DNA from: an uncultured Gammaproteobacteria bacterium
Lineage (GTDB): Bacteria > Patescibacteriota > Patescibacteriia > UBA11705
Reading direction: 5' to 3'
DNA: 64,000 nt
Assembly (NCBI GenBank): GCA_964592195.1
Contig: CAZQEI010000005.1
Location: 5,689-69,688 of the forward strand
This document shows positions 11,411-21,349 of this stretch, piece after piece. The position numbers were made by a program, and so were the translations under genes. The stretch's first letter is position 1; each line of letters begins with the position of its first letter. The notes below the pieces were generated by a model that was given only the letters and a program-made list of their open reading frames with translations, was not told the origin of the DNA and did no database searches.

Positions 11411-13012
11411 TTACTTGCCTGCCTGAGCAGGCGGGTGATTTATTAACGATTGACCGACTACGGTAGCTGGTTGTTTAATCTCCATAAAGTCATAGATAGT
11501 CGGGGCAATATCTCCTAAACTACCATCGTGTAAATGCACTTTTTTAGTTTTCGAATGCATGATAACAAACGGCACGGGATTAGTGGTATGCTCAGTGAAC
11601 ACTTCACCGGTTTTTTCATCAATCATTTTCTCCGCATTACCATGATCAGCCGTCACAAACATCACCCCCTTCAACGAGGTAACGGCCTTCATTAATTTAC
11701 CCAAACAGATATCTACATGTTCAATCGCCTTGATGGTTGCCTTCAAATTACCAGTATGACCAACAATGTCTGGATTGGCAAAATTAACCACAATGAAATC
11801 AAATTTTTTAGCTTTAATCGCCTTTAAAATATAATCAGTAATAGTATACACTGACATTTCTGGTTTTAAGGCGAAGTTTCTCACTTTATCCGAAGGAATT
11901 AAAACTCGAGTTTCGTCAAACACTTCATGCGGGTAACCGCCATTGATGAAATACGTCACATGTGCAAACTTTTCCGATTCTGCTATATACAGTTGTTTGT
12001 AATTATTCATAACAAAAGGCAACGTCCCCAACAATTCAGCTCCGGGAAAAGCCGTAATCAATTCGCTTGATAAATCCGGGCCAAAATATGTAAAAGCACA
12101 AAACAAAACATTTCTCAAAGATTTAGAGCGCTTAAACGAACCAGGATTTTCTGCGTTAAACCTCTTTTGCACAAATGCTTTTGTCAATTGACGAGCCCGA
12201 TCAGAACGTAAATTGAAAAAAATCACGGCATCATCATTTTTAATTCGCGACTCGGAAAAATCAGAACGGCCACGATCAATAATCGACGGTTCGATAAACT
12301 CATCTGTCAACTCGGAATTGTATGCATGTTCAATGGCATCTTTGTAATAAGTAAATTTCAATCCCTTACCCCCGACCAAACAATCATAGGCTTTCTTAGT
12401 TCGATCCCAATTCTTGGCACGATCCATCGCATAAAATCGTCCCAGCAACGTTACCAGTTCCCAACCCTTATATCCATGATTAAGTTTCTCGAGTTTTGTC
12501 AACAACTCATGAATAATCCTATGGGAAGAATGTTGAGCTGAGTCACGACCGTCAGTAAATAAATGTAAAAAAACTTTTTCAATTTTCTGTTGCCGTGCCC
12601 ACTCCACCAAAGCGACCAAGTGACTTAACGAACTATGAGGGCTATCACCATCCGACACCATACCCATTAAATGTAATCGGGATTTATTGGCAATAATATG
12701 ATCATTAACATATTTAAAAGAAATATTTTGATAAAAAGAACCATCAGCGATCGCGCGATTAATAATGACATTATCCTGAAACACGACCCGACCAGCGCCG
12801 ATGTTCATGTGTCCAGCTTCAGAATTACCAGCTAAACCATCTGGCAAGCCAACGCAACTTTCGCTGGCGCACAATTTGGCATGCGGATATTTTTTCCATA
12901 ATGAATCGAAGTTTGGTTTCTTGGCCAGCTCAATAGCATTGCCCGGCCCTTTGGGTGCCAAACCAAAACCATCCATGACTAATAAAATTGTTGGTTGATA
13001 TTTTTTAATCAT
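11411..13012 (-). CDS. gpmI: 2,3-bisphosphoglycerate-independent phosphoglycerate mutase, paralog 1
   Basis: 533 aa. ILLVMDGFGLAPKGPGNAIELAKKPNFD and metal-binding regions typical of iPGM. Confidence 0.85.
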   Translation of the reverse strand: MIKKYQPTILLVMDGFGLAPKGPGNAIELAKKPNFDSLWKKYPHAKLCASESCVGLPDGLAGNSEAGHMNIGAGRVVFQDNVIINRAIADGSFYQNISFKYVNDHIIANKSRLHLMGMVSDGDSPHSSLSHLVALVEWARQQKIEKVFLHLFTDGRDSAQHSSHRIIHELLTKLEKLNHGYKGWELVTLLGRFYAMDRAKNWDRTKKAYDCLVGGKGLKFTYYKDAIEHAYNSELTDEFIEPSIIDRGRSDFSESRIKNDDAVIFFNLRSDRARQLTKAFVQKRFNAENPGSFKRSKSLRNVLFCAFTYFGPDLSSELITAFPGAELLGTLPFVMNNYKQLYIAESEKFAHVTYFINGGYPHEVFDETRVLIPSDKVRNFALKPEMSVYTITDYILKAIKAKKFDFIVVNFANPDIVGHTGNLKATIKAIEHVDICLGKLMKAVTSLKGVMFVTADHGNAEKMIDEKTGEVFTEHTTNPVPFVIMHSKTKKVHLHDGSLGDIAPTIYDFMEIKQPATVVGQSLINHPPAQAGK

Positions 13013-14274
13013 AAAGATTTTAATTCCCGTTCGATCTCCATCAAGCGGTTATATTTTTCTACCCGCTCTGAACGTGATAAGGAACCAGTTTTAATAAAAT
13101 CCGCATTCACTGCTACAGCCAAATCAGCAATAAAAGTATCCGCAGTTTCTCCTGATCGATGAGAGACACTGACTTTGTAATTATGTTCTTTGGCTAAATA
13201 AATCGCATCAATAGTCTCAGTTAACGAACCAATTTGGTTTAACTTAATCAAGATGGCATTGGCCACATTATTTTCAATCCCATGTTTTAAACGTTCCACA
13301 TTGGTCACAAATAAATCATCGCCCACTAAAGCGACATGATCGCCCAAGTAACCGGTTAGCTTCGCCCAATTAGCCCAATCATCTTCAGCTAATGCATCTT
13401 CAAGAGAAATAATTGGATATTTACGTAACCAACTTTCCATAGTTTTGATCACAGCATCAGGCGTGATAAACTTTTTCATTTTCTTATCGTTCAAGGCGTA
13501 TTTACCATTAGCAAAATATTCACTCAATGCTAAATCAACTCCGATAAAAGCATCCTTCCCTGGTTTATAACCGGCTTTTTTAATGGCGGCAACAATAAAA
13601 TCTAAACCCTCTTCATTGGACTTCAAATTTGGCGCAAAACCACCTTCATCGCCCACTAAAGTTTGATAACCAGCGTCTTTTAATAAAGATTTCAAAGCTT
13701 GAAAAACTTCCGATCCGATTCTCACCATATCCGCCATGGATTTCGCTTGTGGCACGACCATCATTTCTTGTACTGTAACTGAATTATCCGCATGTTTACC
13801 GCCGTTCAAGATATTCATGGTTGGTTGCGGACTAAAATATTTTTTCTCCGGTAAATTGTAAATGCTTCGAATATATCGATACAGTGGTAAGCCATGAGCA
13901 ATACTGCCGGCGCGCGCAACTGCCAAAGACACGGCTAATATCGCATTAGCTCCCAATTTACTCTTATTCTCCGTACCATCATACGCAATCATGGCATCGT
14001 CAATCAATTGCTGTTCTTCAATTTTAACTCCGACTAATATTTTACCAATCTTATCATTTACATTTTTAACTGCTTTCAGAACACCCTTCCCACCATAACG
14101 TTTTTTATCCCCATCTCTCAATTCCAAAGCTTCATGACTACCAGTGGACGCACCACTCGGCACTGCCGCCTTGGCCACCACTCCATTAGTTAAATAAACT
14201 GACGCCTCGACTGTTGGCAAACCACGAGAGTCAAGAATTTCACGAGCAATAATTTTTTTGATTTTCATATACAT
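13009..14274 (-). CDS. eno: enolase
   Basis: IIAREILDSRGLPTVEA N-terminal signature and full-length enolase architecture. Confidence 0.95.
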   Translation of the reverse strand: MYMKIKKIIAREILDSRGLPTVEASVYLTNGVVAKAAVPSGASTGSHEALELRDGDKKRYGGKGVLKAVKNVNDKIGKILVGVKIEEQQLIDDAMIAYDGTENKSKLGANAILAVSLAVARAGSIAHGLPLYRYIRSIYNLPEKKYFSPQPTMNILNGGKHADNSVTVQEMMVVPQAKSMADMVRIGSEVFQALKSLLKDAGYQTLVGDEGGFAPNLKSNEEGLDFIVAAIKKAGYKPGKDAFIGVDLALSEYFANGKYALNDKKMKKFITPDAVIKTMESWLRKYPIISLEDALAEDDWANWAKLTGYLGDHVALVGDDLFVTNVERLKHGIENNVANAILIKLNQIGSLTETIDAIYLAKEHNYKVSVSHRSGETADTFIADLAVAVNADFIKTGSLSRSERVEKYNRLMEIERELKSL

Positions 14275-14297
14275 TTCGAATGTACGAATTAATTACG

Positions 14298-14317
14298 CCT
14301 GCCTGCCGGCAGGCAGG
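14298..14317. repeat. REP-like 20-bp perfect palindrome CCTGCCTGCCGGCAGGCAGG
   Basis: Exact copy. It is intergenic between eno and the upstream small gene. Confidence 0.7.
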
Positions 14318-14392
14318 AATGTTTGCGAATTATTAATTTGGTTAACTTGCAAACAATCCTCGTTTTCGCACTATAATATTATTTTTTATTTA

Positions 14393-14776
14393 TTATTTAT
14401 TTAACCACGCAATAGCTTCATCACGCTTTTTGAATAATTTATAATTTTTATTTCCTCCCAAAGCATAAATCACCTTAATAAAAGCCGAGCGAAAGCCCGT
14501 AGCACCAACCACTGCGGTTTTACGCACCTTAAAAACTTTAAAATATTTGGCTTGCATCTTTTGAGCTTCTGTGGTAATTTTTCCTGCTTGTGAAACATCC
14601 ACTAACAAATCAAAATGTTCAATCAAGGAATCTTTGTAGCGCTGATCAGCAATCTGTAGAGTAGCATCAAATAATTCACGCGAACTTTCTTTATTTTGAT
14701 CACCATACAATGTCACATCAACCACTTGATTTTTCTTATCCCAAATGGCTTTGAATTTTTTATTTTTTTCGTCCAT
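14393..14776 (-). CDS. hypothetical protein (127 aa), possibly STAS/SpoIIAA-like
   Basis: An ORF in the pgk-eno operon with no secure motif. Confidence 0.3.
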   Translation of the reverse strand: MDEKNKKFKAIWDKKNQVVDVTLYGDQNKESSRELFDATLQIADQRYKDSLIEHFDLLVDVSQAGKITTEAQKMQAKYFKVFKVRKTAVVGATGFRSAFIKVIYALGGNKNYKLFKKRDEAIAWLNK

Positions 14777-14779
14777 ACT

Positions 14780-15958
14780 TTATTTATAAATTAGCGGCTT
14801 TATTCCCGGTAATTGTTTACCTTCCAAGAACTCTAACATCGCTCCACCTCCAGTAGAAATGAAATTAAACTTCTTACCAAGTTTTAATCGATTAATCACT
14901 GTAATCGTTTCGCCACCGCCAGCAATAGTTAACTTACGTTTACCGGTGGCTACAGCTTTCATCAACTTTTCAGTTCCAGCGGAAAAATCTTTCAAGTCAA
15001 TCAATCCCAGTGGTCCACCACAAACAATAGTTTTCATTTTGGTAATTGAATCAACGAAAAGTTTAATTGTTTCCGGACCAATATCCAAAATCATTTCTCC
15101 AATTTCGCAAAGCTGTTTACCAAAGGCTAATTTAACGTAATGCTTTTTCTTTTTGGTAGCAGTATCGGCTACGATAAAATCAACTGGAATAATAATCTTT
15201 TTACTTTTGGCTAACTTACGCGCTTGATCAAAATATTGTGGGTCGTAAATTGAATCGCCGATTTCATAGCCTTTAGCCTTCAAGAATACATGCGCAACCG
15301 CGCCACCAACTAAAATTTTATCGTATTTTTTCAAAAACTTTTCCACCACTCCAAACTTTGAATCCAATTTAATGCCTCCAATAATCGCGCCTGCCGGTGA
15401 TGGTGGAGTCAACGCTTCACTTAAATAATTCACCTCATCCACCAGATTTAACCCGGCATAGCTGGGCATCAAATTTGTAATCGCGCTCACTGAGGCCGCG
15501 TCGCGATGGCAAACACCGAAGGCGTCGTTAACATATACTTCTGCCAAGCTGGCTAATAACTGCGCAAACTGAAGATCGTTTTTTTCTTCACCAAAATGGA
15601 AGCGTAAATTCTCAAGTAAAATGACTGGAGTTTTAATTTTACTTAACTTACCGGCTAACTGATTATCAAAACTGGCGGTAACAAACTTTGACGGTGTGTT
15701 GCCCAAATATTTTTTCAAAACTGTATAAATTGGTTTTAATGAATATTTTTGATCAACTACACCATTTGGTCTACCCAGATGCGCACCAATAATCACTTGG
15801 CATTTATTTTTAACTAAGAATTTAATCGTTGGAACTACGCGACTGATGCGATAATCTTCCAAAACTTTTTTTCCATCCAACGAGACATTGAAATCCACCC
15901 GCAAAAACACTTTTTTCCCGTACCATTTTTTATTATCTTTGATTGATCGTAGTTTCAT
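14780..15958 (-). CDS. pgk: phosphoglycerate kinase
   Basis: KKVFLRVDFNV N-terminal signature and full-length PGK. Confidence 0.95.
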   Translation of the reverse strand: MKLRSIKDNKKWYGKKVFLRVDFNVSLDGKKVLEDYRISRVVPTIKFLVKNKCQVIIGAHLGRPNGVVDQKYSLKPIYTVLKKYLGNTPSKFVTASFDNQLAGKLSKIKTPVILLENLRFHFGEEKNDLQFAQLLASLAEVYVNDAFGVCHRDAASVSAITNLMPSYAGLNLVDEVNYLSEALTPPSPAGAIIGGIKLDSKFGVVEKFLKKYDKILVGGAVAHVFLKAKGYEIGDSIYDPQYFDQARKLAKSKKIIIPVDFIVADTATKKKKHYVKLAFGKQLCEIGEMILDIGPETIKLFVDSITKMKTIVCGGPLGLIDLKDFSAGTEKLMKAVATGKRKLTIAGGGETITVINRLKLGKKFNFISTGGGAMLEFLEGKQLPGIKPLIYK

Positions 15959-15959
15959 A

Positions 15960-16214
15960 TTATTCTCCTTTTATTGATATTAATTTCCAATTGTTACCAG
16001 AGACTTCTTTGATAGTCACTTCCGCCTTTTCCGCCACCGTTCCTCTGGCTAACATGCCGATATTGAACTGTAAATTTTCCGGGTTAATAGCCGCACCATG
16101 TTCAATCACCGTTCCCAGCTCTAAATTTATTTGACTAACTTGGCTAAATTTATTGGTTTTTGAGGTCTCAATTACCACTTTTAATACCAAATCAGCCACA
16201 TGCAAATCGTGCAT
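15960..16214 (-). CDS. HypA-like hydrogenase nickel-incorporation protein lacking the C-terminal zinc finger
   Basis: MHDLHVADLVLKVVIETS...INLELGTV...LQFNIGMLARGTVAEKAEVTIKEV follows the HypA MHE...IG.LS.V....L.F.F...GT.AEGA.L.I pattern but has no Cys. The likely start is ATG 16212-16214; the track ORF extends to 16259. Confidence 0.45.
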   Translation of the reverse strand: MHDLHVADLVLKVVIETSKTNKFSQVSQINLELGTVIEHGAAINPENLQFNIGMLARGTVAEKAEVTIKEVSGNNWKLISIKGE

Positions 16215-16312
16215 ATTTTTTATCTTTATTATTACCCCTATTATACCAAAATTAAACAAAAAAGGTAAGCAGAATTGCTCACAGTGGAAAGATTATATAG
16301 TTGACAAGAAAA

Positions 16313-16908
16313 ACAGGAGAAACGAGGGAGACAAGAGAGAAAAGGGATGGAATTTATCTTTTAAGAGTCAATGATTACAAGTGGGAAACGAGAGTGAAAA
16401 GCTACGGGATTTATTTTTCTAGTTTCTTCCTTAAACCTTCAATGGTTCGAATAATTAAATATTCAGTTACCCCCATTAATTTATCTAATTCTTTATATTC
16501 GTCCGCAGTAATTAAACCATCGTCAAAGCAATCATCAACGTCGCCCTTTAATTCATTGAGAGAGCCTCTGCTTATGGACAGGTAACTTAAATAACTTTTG
16601 GTACTTTTAAAATACCCCTCCTGCATATTCTGCTTAACAGATCTTGCAGCGTCCCGCATCTGTGAAATTCTGCGATATTCTGCTTGCGGAAATTTTTTTG
16701 TTAATTGATAAATTTTAATTCTAATATCTTTGGCCTTTTGCCATATAATCAATTTTTTGTAACCGTAGTTAGAACTATCTACTTCCTCCATATTTTAAAT
16801 GAATATTTCATTCACACATATTCCTCTATACTCTCGTCCTTTATATTTTTTACAAATAACTTCCTTCCCCCGTCTCCCTCGTCACTCTTATTTCTCCTGT
16901 CTCTCCCC
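16313..16908. mobile_element. Inverted-repeat-flanked cassette carrying a four-helix-bundle (23S rRNA intervening-sequence-type) protein gene
   Basis: Left arm acaggagaaacgagggagacaagagagaaaaggg (about 16313-16346). Right arm reverse complement ggggagagacaggagaaataagagtgacgagggagacgg (about 16862-16905). They share caggagaaa...gagggagac. Confidence 0.45.
16411..16791 (-). CDS. four-helix-bundle protein (TIGR02436-like, 23S rRNA IVS protein family)
   Basis: 126 aa. KKLIIWQKAKDIRIKIYQLTKKFP...EYRRISQMRDAARSV..N..EG is typical of this family. Confidence 0.65.
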   Translation of the reverse strand: MEEVDSSNYGYKKLIIWQKAKDIRIKIYQLTKKFPQAEYRRISQMRDAARSVKQNMQEGYFKSTKSYLSYLSISRGSLNELKGDVDDCFDDGLITADEYKELDKLMGVTEYLIIRTIEGLRKKLEK

Positions 16909-18180
16909 TTAGTGGGTAGCACAGCTGATACACGGATCATACGCGCGAACTAAAGTTTTCAACAACAATTTCTGTTTTTCAACTGGGAACTTCTGAATTT
17001 GTGGTAAAAACGCGCCCAAATCATTTTCCAGATTGGCAAGGAACATCGCAGTTGGTGTTATTATATTCGAATTAATAACTATTCCCTGATTATTCAATTC
17101 ATAATAATGGATCAAAATCCCACGCGGCGCTTCCACCACACCCACACCTTTACCTGCTTGTGGCTTAAAATCAACGAAAAGTTTCTTATTTTTCAATTTT
17201 AAATATTTTGGTAACAACTTTTCCAATTCTTCAAAAGCATGGATAATTTCCACTGCTTGAGCCAACGTGTTAAAAAAGGAATTGTAACAAGGTTGACTAG
17301 CTTTGAACGATTTCCAAATCTTTTTAGCCAAAGGATTAAGTTTATCACCATTCAAATTAACCCGCGCCAAGGAACCAACCATAAATGGTTGTTCAAAATA
17401 TTTCACCCGTTTCACACCTTCGCCCTGAAAACAGTATTCTTCAAAATATTTTAAATACTCCAGGGGATCATTGACTTTTTGTTTATCCCCAACATTAATC
17501 ACGCCATCATAATGCGCATATTCACTTTTGCTTTTCATTCCAGCATACAATGTTTGATTGGAAAACTTCGGTGGTTTGGCTTTACTTTTTACAAATTCAA
17601 CAATCTTGATCGCCATTTTTTTAGCATCTTGAATCTCCGCATGCAAAGCCTGTAATTTTTCTTCATCTGGCACCACTTTAAAACCACCAACTACGCTATT
17701 AATCGGATGCGTGGCTCGTCCACCAATAACATCGCACAAACGCAAAGCCCAATCACGCATGACTAACGCGGAAGTGGATTGTTTAGTATATTTTTTAACT
17801 AGATCAAAGTCATTATTCACGCCGACAAAATCTGGAAACGATAAAAAGTAAACATGTAATGCATGGCTATGAATCCATTGCGCCAAGTTAAAAATTTTAC
17901 GCAACAAAACAATCTCGGCCGTTGGTTCAACATTCATGGCCATTTCCAAAGCTTTAATTGCCGCTAAATTATGCACAATCGGACACACACCGCAAATTCT
18001 GGCAGTAATAATTGGCACATCGTAATAAGATCGATTCAAAACAATCCCCTCCATTAACCGCGCTCCTTCAAGAGTTAAAATTCTGGCGCTAGCCATATCA
18101 GCTTGTTGCAAAGTCGCTTCCAGACCCAAGTGCCCTTCTGTTTTGCCTATGTGATTGATGGTAATAGTTTTTTGTGACAT
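16909..18180 (-). CDS. hydA: [NiFe] hydrogenase large (alpha) subunit, group 3b/sulfhydrogenase-like
   Basis: N-terminal RICGVCPIVH and C-terminal DPCISCATH nickel-binding motifs. Confidence 0.9.
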   Translation of the reverse strand: MSQKTITINHIGKTEGHLGLEATLQQADMASARILTLEGARLMEGIVLNRSYYDVPIITARICGVCPIVHNLAAIKALEMAMNVEPTAEIVLLRKIFNLAQWIHSHALHVYFLSFPDFVGVNNDFDLVKKYTKQSTSALVMRDWALRLCDVIGGRATHPINSVVGGFKVVPDEEKLQALHAEIQDAKKMAIKIVEFVKSKAKPPKFSNQTLYAGMKSKSEYAHYDGVINVGDKQKVNDPLEYLKYFEEYCFQGEGVKRVKYFEQPFMVGSLARVNLNGDKLNPLAKKIWKSFKASQPCYNSFFNTLAQAVEIIHAFEELEKLLPKYLKLKNKKLFVDFKPQAGKGVGVVEAPRGILIHYYELNNQGIVINSNIITPTAMFLANLENDLGAFLPQIQKFPVEKQKLLLKTLVRAYDPCISCATH

Positions 18181-18189
18181 ATTTTATTT

Positions 18190-19182
18190 TTATTCTTTTA
18201 AAAATGCTATTGTAATGCGAAAACCGGTTGTCTGGCTCGGGGTGTAAACATTTTCATTGGTTGTAGTATATAGACTTCCTGCACCTCCATTTTCACTACC
18301 ACCTACTAATATTCGCATATTTGATTTATAACCATCGTGACTAACAACAAAAGTTCCTGATAATTCTGAAGTTTTAACTTGACTTAATCCAGGGAATTCT
18401 TCATTCAATCTACGATTAACAAGTGCCGGAGTCAAAATAACTTCAAAATTTGGCAAACTCAACCCTTCTTCATTCCATTTTTTTTGAATTATATTTTTTA
18501 ATTTTGGAAAAGTATTCGAAATTAACCACATACCCACCCTATTAAAGCGAAGATTTGAACCACCACCTATCATTTTAGCTATTGGATCTAGGTTTTCAAT
18601 ACTCCCAGAATATGAGCCATAGTGTTCCCCCATAACCTCGCCCTCAAGACTGTTTGGTCTTATTATGGTTTCTGTTACCAATAAAGAATATTTTTCTGCT
18701 ACTTCTTTAGCATCCTTAATTAATGACCGCTCCATAACTTCTGACATGATTGAACCTGGCTGATGAACTAAACTATACACACCAGGACTTCTTTGCCATA
18801 AATGTGATCTAAAATTTACCAATGTTTTGTCTTTATCTGGCAAAGCATTCCACTGGCTTTCAGTAATTTCGGGGAACAAAGATAAAAATTTCTCATGATT
18901 CATATCACCATCTTCAGCCGGATCAGTAATAAATGGTTCAAATTGTCCAAAAATTAATTCTTTTATGGCGTCAATATGTTCACTATATTTTTCCGCTGGG
19001 GTAATAGTCTCAACCGTTCCGGCATACTCTTCCACCAATCGCAAAGCTTCCGCCACTTGATCGGGTTTGGGAATTTTTTGGTTCTTTATTTCAACCGCCA
19101 AATCTCGTAACTTTTCATTTACTGAAACAACTGTGGCACCTTGTTCTGGCTTTAAATTTTGAGTTAATCGTTCACCTATCAT
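18190..19182 (-). CDS. N-module family protein F5 (type-B C-terminal domain) inserted between the hydrogenase small and large subunit genes
   Basis: The likely start MIGERLTQNL..VNEKLRDLAVEIKNQKIPKPDQVAEALRLVEEYAG is at ATG 19180-19182. It shares IDAIKELIFGQFEPF, VILTPALVNRRLNEEFPGLSQV, ENGGAGS and the C-terminal GFRITIAFLKE with the 54998-58367 array. Confidence 0.6.
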   Translation of the reverse strand: MIGERLTQNLKPEQGATVVSVNEKLRDLAVEIKNQKIPKPDQVAEALRLVEEYAGTVETITPAEKYSEHIDAIKELIFGQFEPFITDPAEDGDMNHEKFLSLFPEITESQWNALPDKDKTLVNFRSHLWQRSPGVYSLVHQPGSIMSEVMERSLIKDAKEVAEKYSLLVTETIIRPNSLEGEVMGEHYGSYSGSIENLDPIAKMIGGGSNLRFNRVGMWLISNTFPKLKNIIQKKWNEEGLSLPNFEVILTPALVNRRLNEEFPGLSQVKTSELSGTFVVSHDGYKSNMRILVGGSENGGAGSLYTTTNENVYTPSQTTGFRITIAFLKE

Positions 19183-19183
19183 T

Positions 19184-19948
19184 TTATTGTTTTTTAACAG
19201 GAGACATAAATTCTTTAATACCAAACACTTTCAATACGTCATTTATCTGCGATTGAGTAAAACCTTTTTCTTTTAATAAATTCAACCAGTTTTCAATGGC
19301 CGGCGCGCGTAGCAAACCGCGACACCCCCAACACGCCTGTCCATTAGTTGGACAAATAGCGTCGCAACCGCCTTGAACAATTGGACCAAGACAAATCTCT
19401 CCAGCTTGTAACAAACATTTGTTTCCTTTTTTCAAACATTCATAACAAACAGGATTTTGTTTAATGGTTGGACGTTTACCGGCGACAAGACTGTAAATGA
19501 ATTGTAAAATTTCTTTTTTAATTACCGGACATGTTGGCAAAGAAAAATCTACTTTGACATACTCGGAAATCGGCTTCACCTCAGGATTATCTAAATTTTG
19601 ATCTTCATCATAAACCTTGGCCATCAACCGAGATTTATCACTATAATTTTTCATATGGTAAATACCACCGATATGCGCGCAAGATCCACACGCCACTAAG
19701 ATCTTGGCTTGCCAACGATATTGTTTCAATAAACGAATATTGTGTTTGGTAATCGGACTACCTTCTACAAACACCACATCCACTTTTTGCGTACCTCGAA
19801 ATTCTTCATCTTCAAACAACCGAAAATCTACAATATCTATTTTATCTTTTAATGCCACAAATTTTTCTCTCAATCCTAATAATTCAAAATAACAACCTTC
19901 GCAACTGGTCAATGAAACAAAGGCAAATTTAAGCTTTTTGTGCGCCAT
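19184..19948 (-). CDS. hydD: [NiFe] hydrogenase small (delta) subunit
   Basis: FVSLTSCEGCYFELL and VACGSCAHIGG cysteine motifs of hydrogenase small subunits. Confidence 0.85.
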   Translation of the reverse strand: MAHKKLKFAFVSLTSCEGCYFELLGLREKFVALKDKIDIVDFRLFEDEEFRGTQKVDVVFVEGSPITKHNIRLLKQYRWQAKILVACGSCAHIGGIYHMKNYSDKSRLMAKVYDEDQNLDNPEVKPISEYVKVDFSLPTCPVIKKEILQFIYSLVAGKRPTIKQNPVCYECLKKGNKCLLQAGEICLGPIVQGGCDAICPTNGQACWGCRGLLRAPAIENWLNLLKEKGFTQSQINDVLKVFGIKEFMSPVKKQ

Positions 19949-20420
19949 ATTTTAATAATTCACTTTGTAATTCTTGTGGTCTGTTAGTTTTCACAAAACA
20001 TAAGATTCCTTCATAATCAAAGGTAATCCCTGAACCGTTCATTTTATAATAACTATTTTTGGCTGGATAGATATGCCCATATTTCTTCAATTCTTCGCGA
20101 GAGATAAAGGCGACAGTGCGCAGTTGAGTAATCTCATTAATATCAAATTTATTTGGAAGAAAACCGAACTTAACCATAAACCTGCCATTATTCAATTCAA
20201 CTGAATAATTACTTATAATTAAAATAAAAGTGCTAAGCATTAGAGTCATGATAAATCCTAAAAATACTTTCTCCCCCGAGGATGTAGGATCAGCAGCAAA
20301 AAATTCAACCCCACCAATCTTAATTCCAGTGTCAAAAATCAAACTATACATGAAGACACCCCAGATAATCAAAGGTAAAATGTGATTATAAATTTTTAAC
20401 CAATAGACATCTTTAAACAT
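19929..20420 (-). CDS. membrane protein, possible bacterial PH-domain (bPH_2/DUF304-like)
   Basis: Two N-terminal TM helices plus a C-terminal globular part ending ..LLKYGAQKA. It is a paralog of the next gene. Confidence 0.35.
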   Translation of the reverse strand: MFKDVYWLKIYNHILPLIIWGVFMYSLIFDTGIKIGGVEFFAADPTSSGEKVFLGFIMTLMLSTFILIISNYSVELNNGRFMVKFGFLPNKFDINEITQLRTVAFISREELKKYGHIYPAKNSYYKMNGSGITFDYEGILCFVKTNRPQELQSELLKYGAQKA

Positions 20421-20423
20421 ATT

Positions 20424-20885
20424 TTATTTTTTTGCGCCGTATTGAATTAAATAGGTATACAACTTCTCCGCTTCGTTAACTGTCACAAAATATTTACGCT
20501 TTTGGTTTAAGATTTCAAAGCTCAAACCACGTCGAGCACCAGCAATAAATCCCATAGTTTTATTTCTCCCCATGCGCAGACCATATCCACCAAAATCCAT
20601 AAAATGATAGTCCTTCAATTCCAAATTGAAAATATCTTTGATCACAAATTTCTTTTTGAACAAACCGAAACTGACTTCTAAAGTATAATTTACTATTTCA
20701 ATTTTCAACACACTGAAATTCAAGAACACAAACAAAATAAAAGCATCTATCCCTGCCACGATCCAAAGATCACCGATTAATTCTGAACTTTTAGAAAATA
20801 TCATCACCAAACTTCCAATTAGAATGACTAAAGTAATGACAATGAAAATTTTAGGGATTGATTGATATTCTTTAAATACTTGCAT
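20424..20885 (-). CDS. membrane protein, paralog of 19929-20420
   Basis: The same 2-TM plus C-terminal domain layout, ending ..LIQYGAKK. Confidence 0.35.
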   Translation of the reverse strand: MQVFKEYQSIPKIFIVITLVILIGSLVMIFSKSSELIGDLWIVAGIDAFILFVFLNFSVLKIEIVNYTLEVSFGLFKKKFVIKDIFNLELKDYHFMDFGGYGLRMGRNKTMGFIAGARRGLSFEILNQKRKYFVTVNEAEKLYTYLIQYGAKK

Positions 20886-20896
20886 ATATATTATTT

Positions 20897-21036
20897 CGAG
20901 ATTGCCACGCCCCGATGCGGGGCTCGCAAATTAGGTTACTCTTTTGCGAGGAGTGAAACGACGAAGCAATCTCTATGGAAATTAAACCTCTTTTGCGAGG
21001 ATCCCCGATTAAATCGGGGAGACGAAGCAATCTCTA
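20897..21036. repeat. Composite intergenic repeat family R1, copy b (two inverted core modules)
   Basis: gagattgccacgccccgatgcggggctcgcaaa ... tttgcgaggatccccgattaaatcggggagacgaagcaatctct. Confidence 0.6.
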
Positions 21037-21040
21037 AAAG

Positions 21041-21340
21041 TTACAAATCATCATAAAGATCTCGAAATTCCGGATTCATACTTTTATTTAGTGCTATTTT
21101 TTTCGCCCTTGAACCAGCCTTAATTTGCCTTTCTCTATTTAAAGCTTCATAAGCACTATCACAAATCTCGAAGTAAACTAATTTATTTATATTATATCTT
21201 GCCGTAAACGAATTCGGATCAACCTTATTCTTGTGTTGCCAAACTCTTCCGACTAAATCATTTGAAAAACCTGTATATAAAACTGTATTTATATTATTTG
21301 TCATTATATACACATAGAATTGTTCAGGCCTATCATACAT
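21041..21340 (-). CDS. GIY-YIG nuclease family protein
   Basis: FYVYIMTNNINTVLYTGFSNDLVGRVWQHKNK fits the GIY-x10-YIG signature. The gene sits inside the hydrogenase operon. Confidence 0.8.
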   Translation of the reverse strand: MYDRPEQFYVYIMTNNINTVLYTGFSNDLVGRVWQHKNKVDPNSFTARYNINKLVYFEICDSAYEALNRERQIKAGSRAKKIALNKSMNPEFRDLYDDL

Positions 21341-21349
21341 ACTTGCCGA

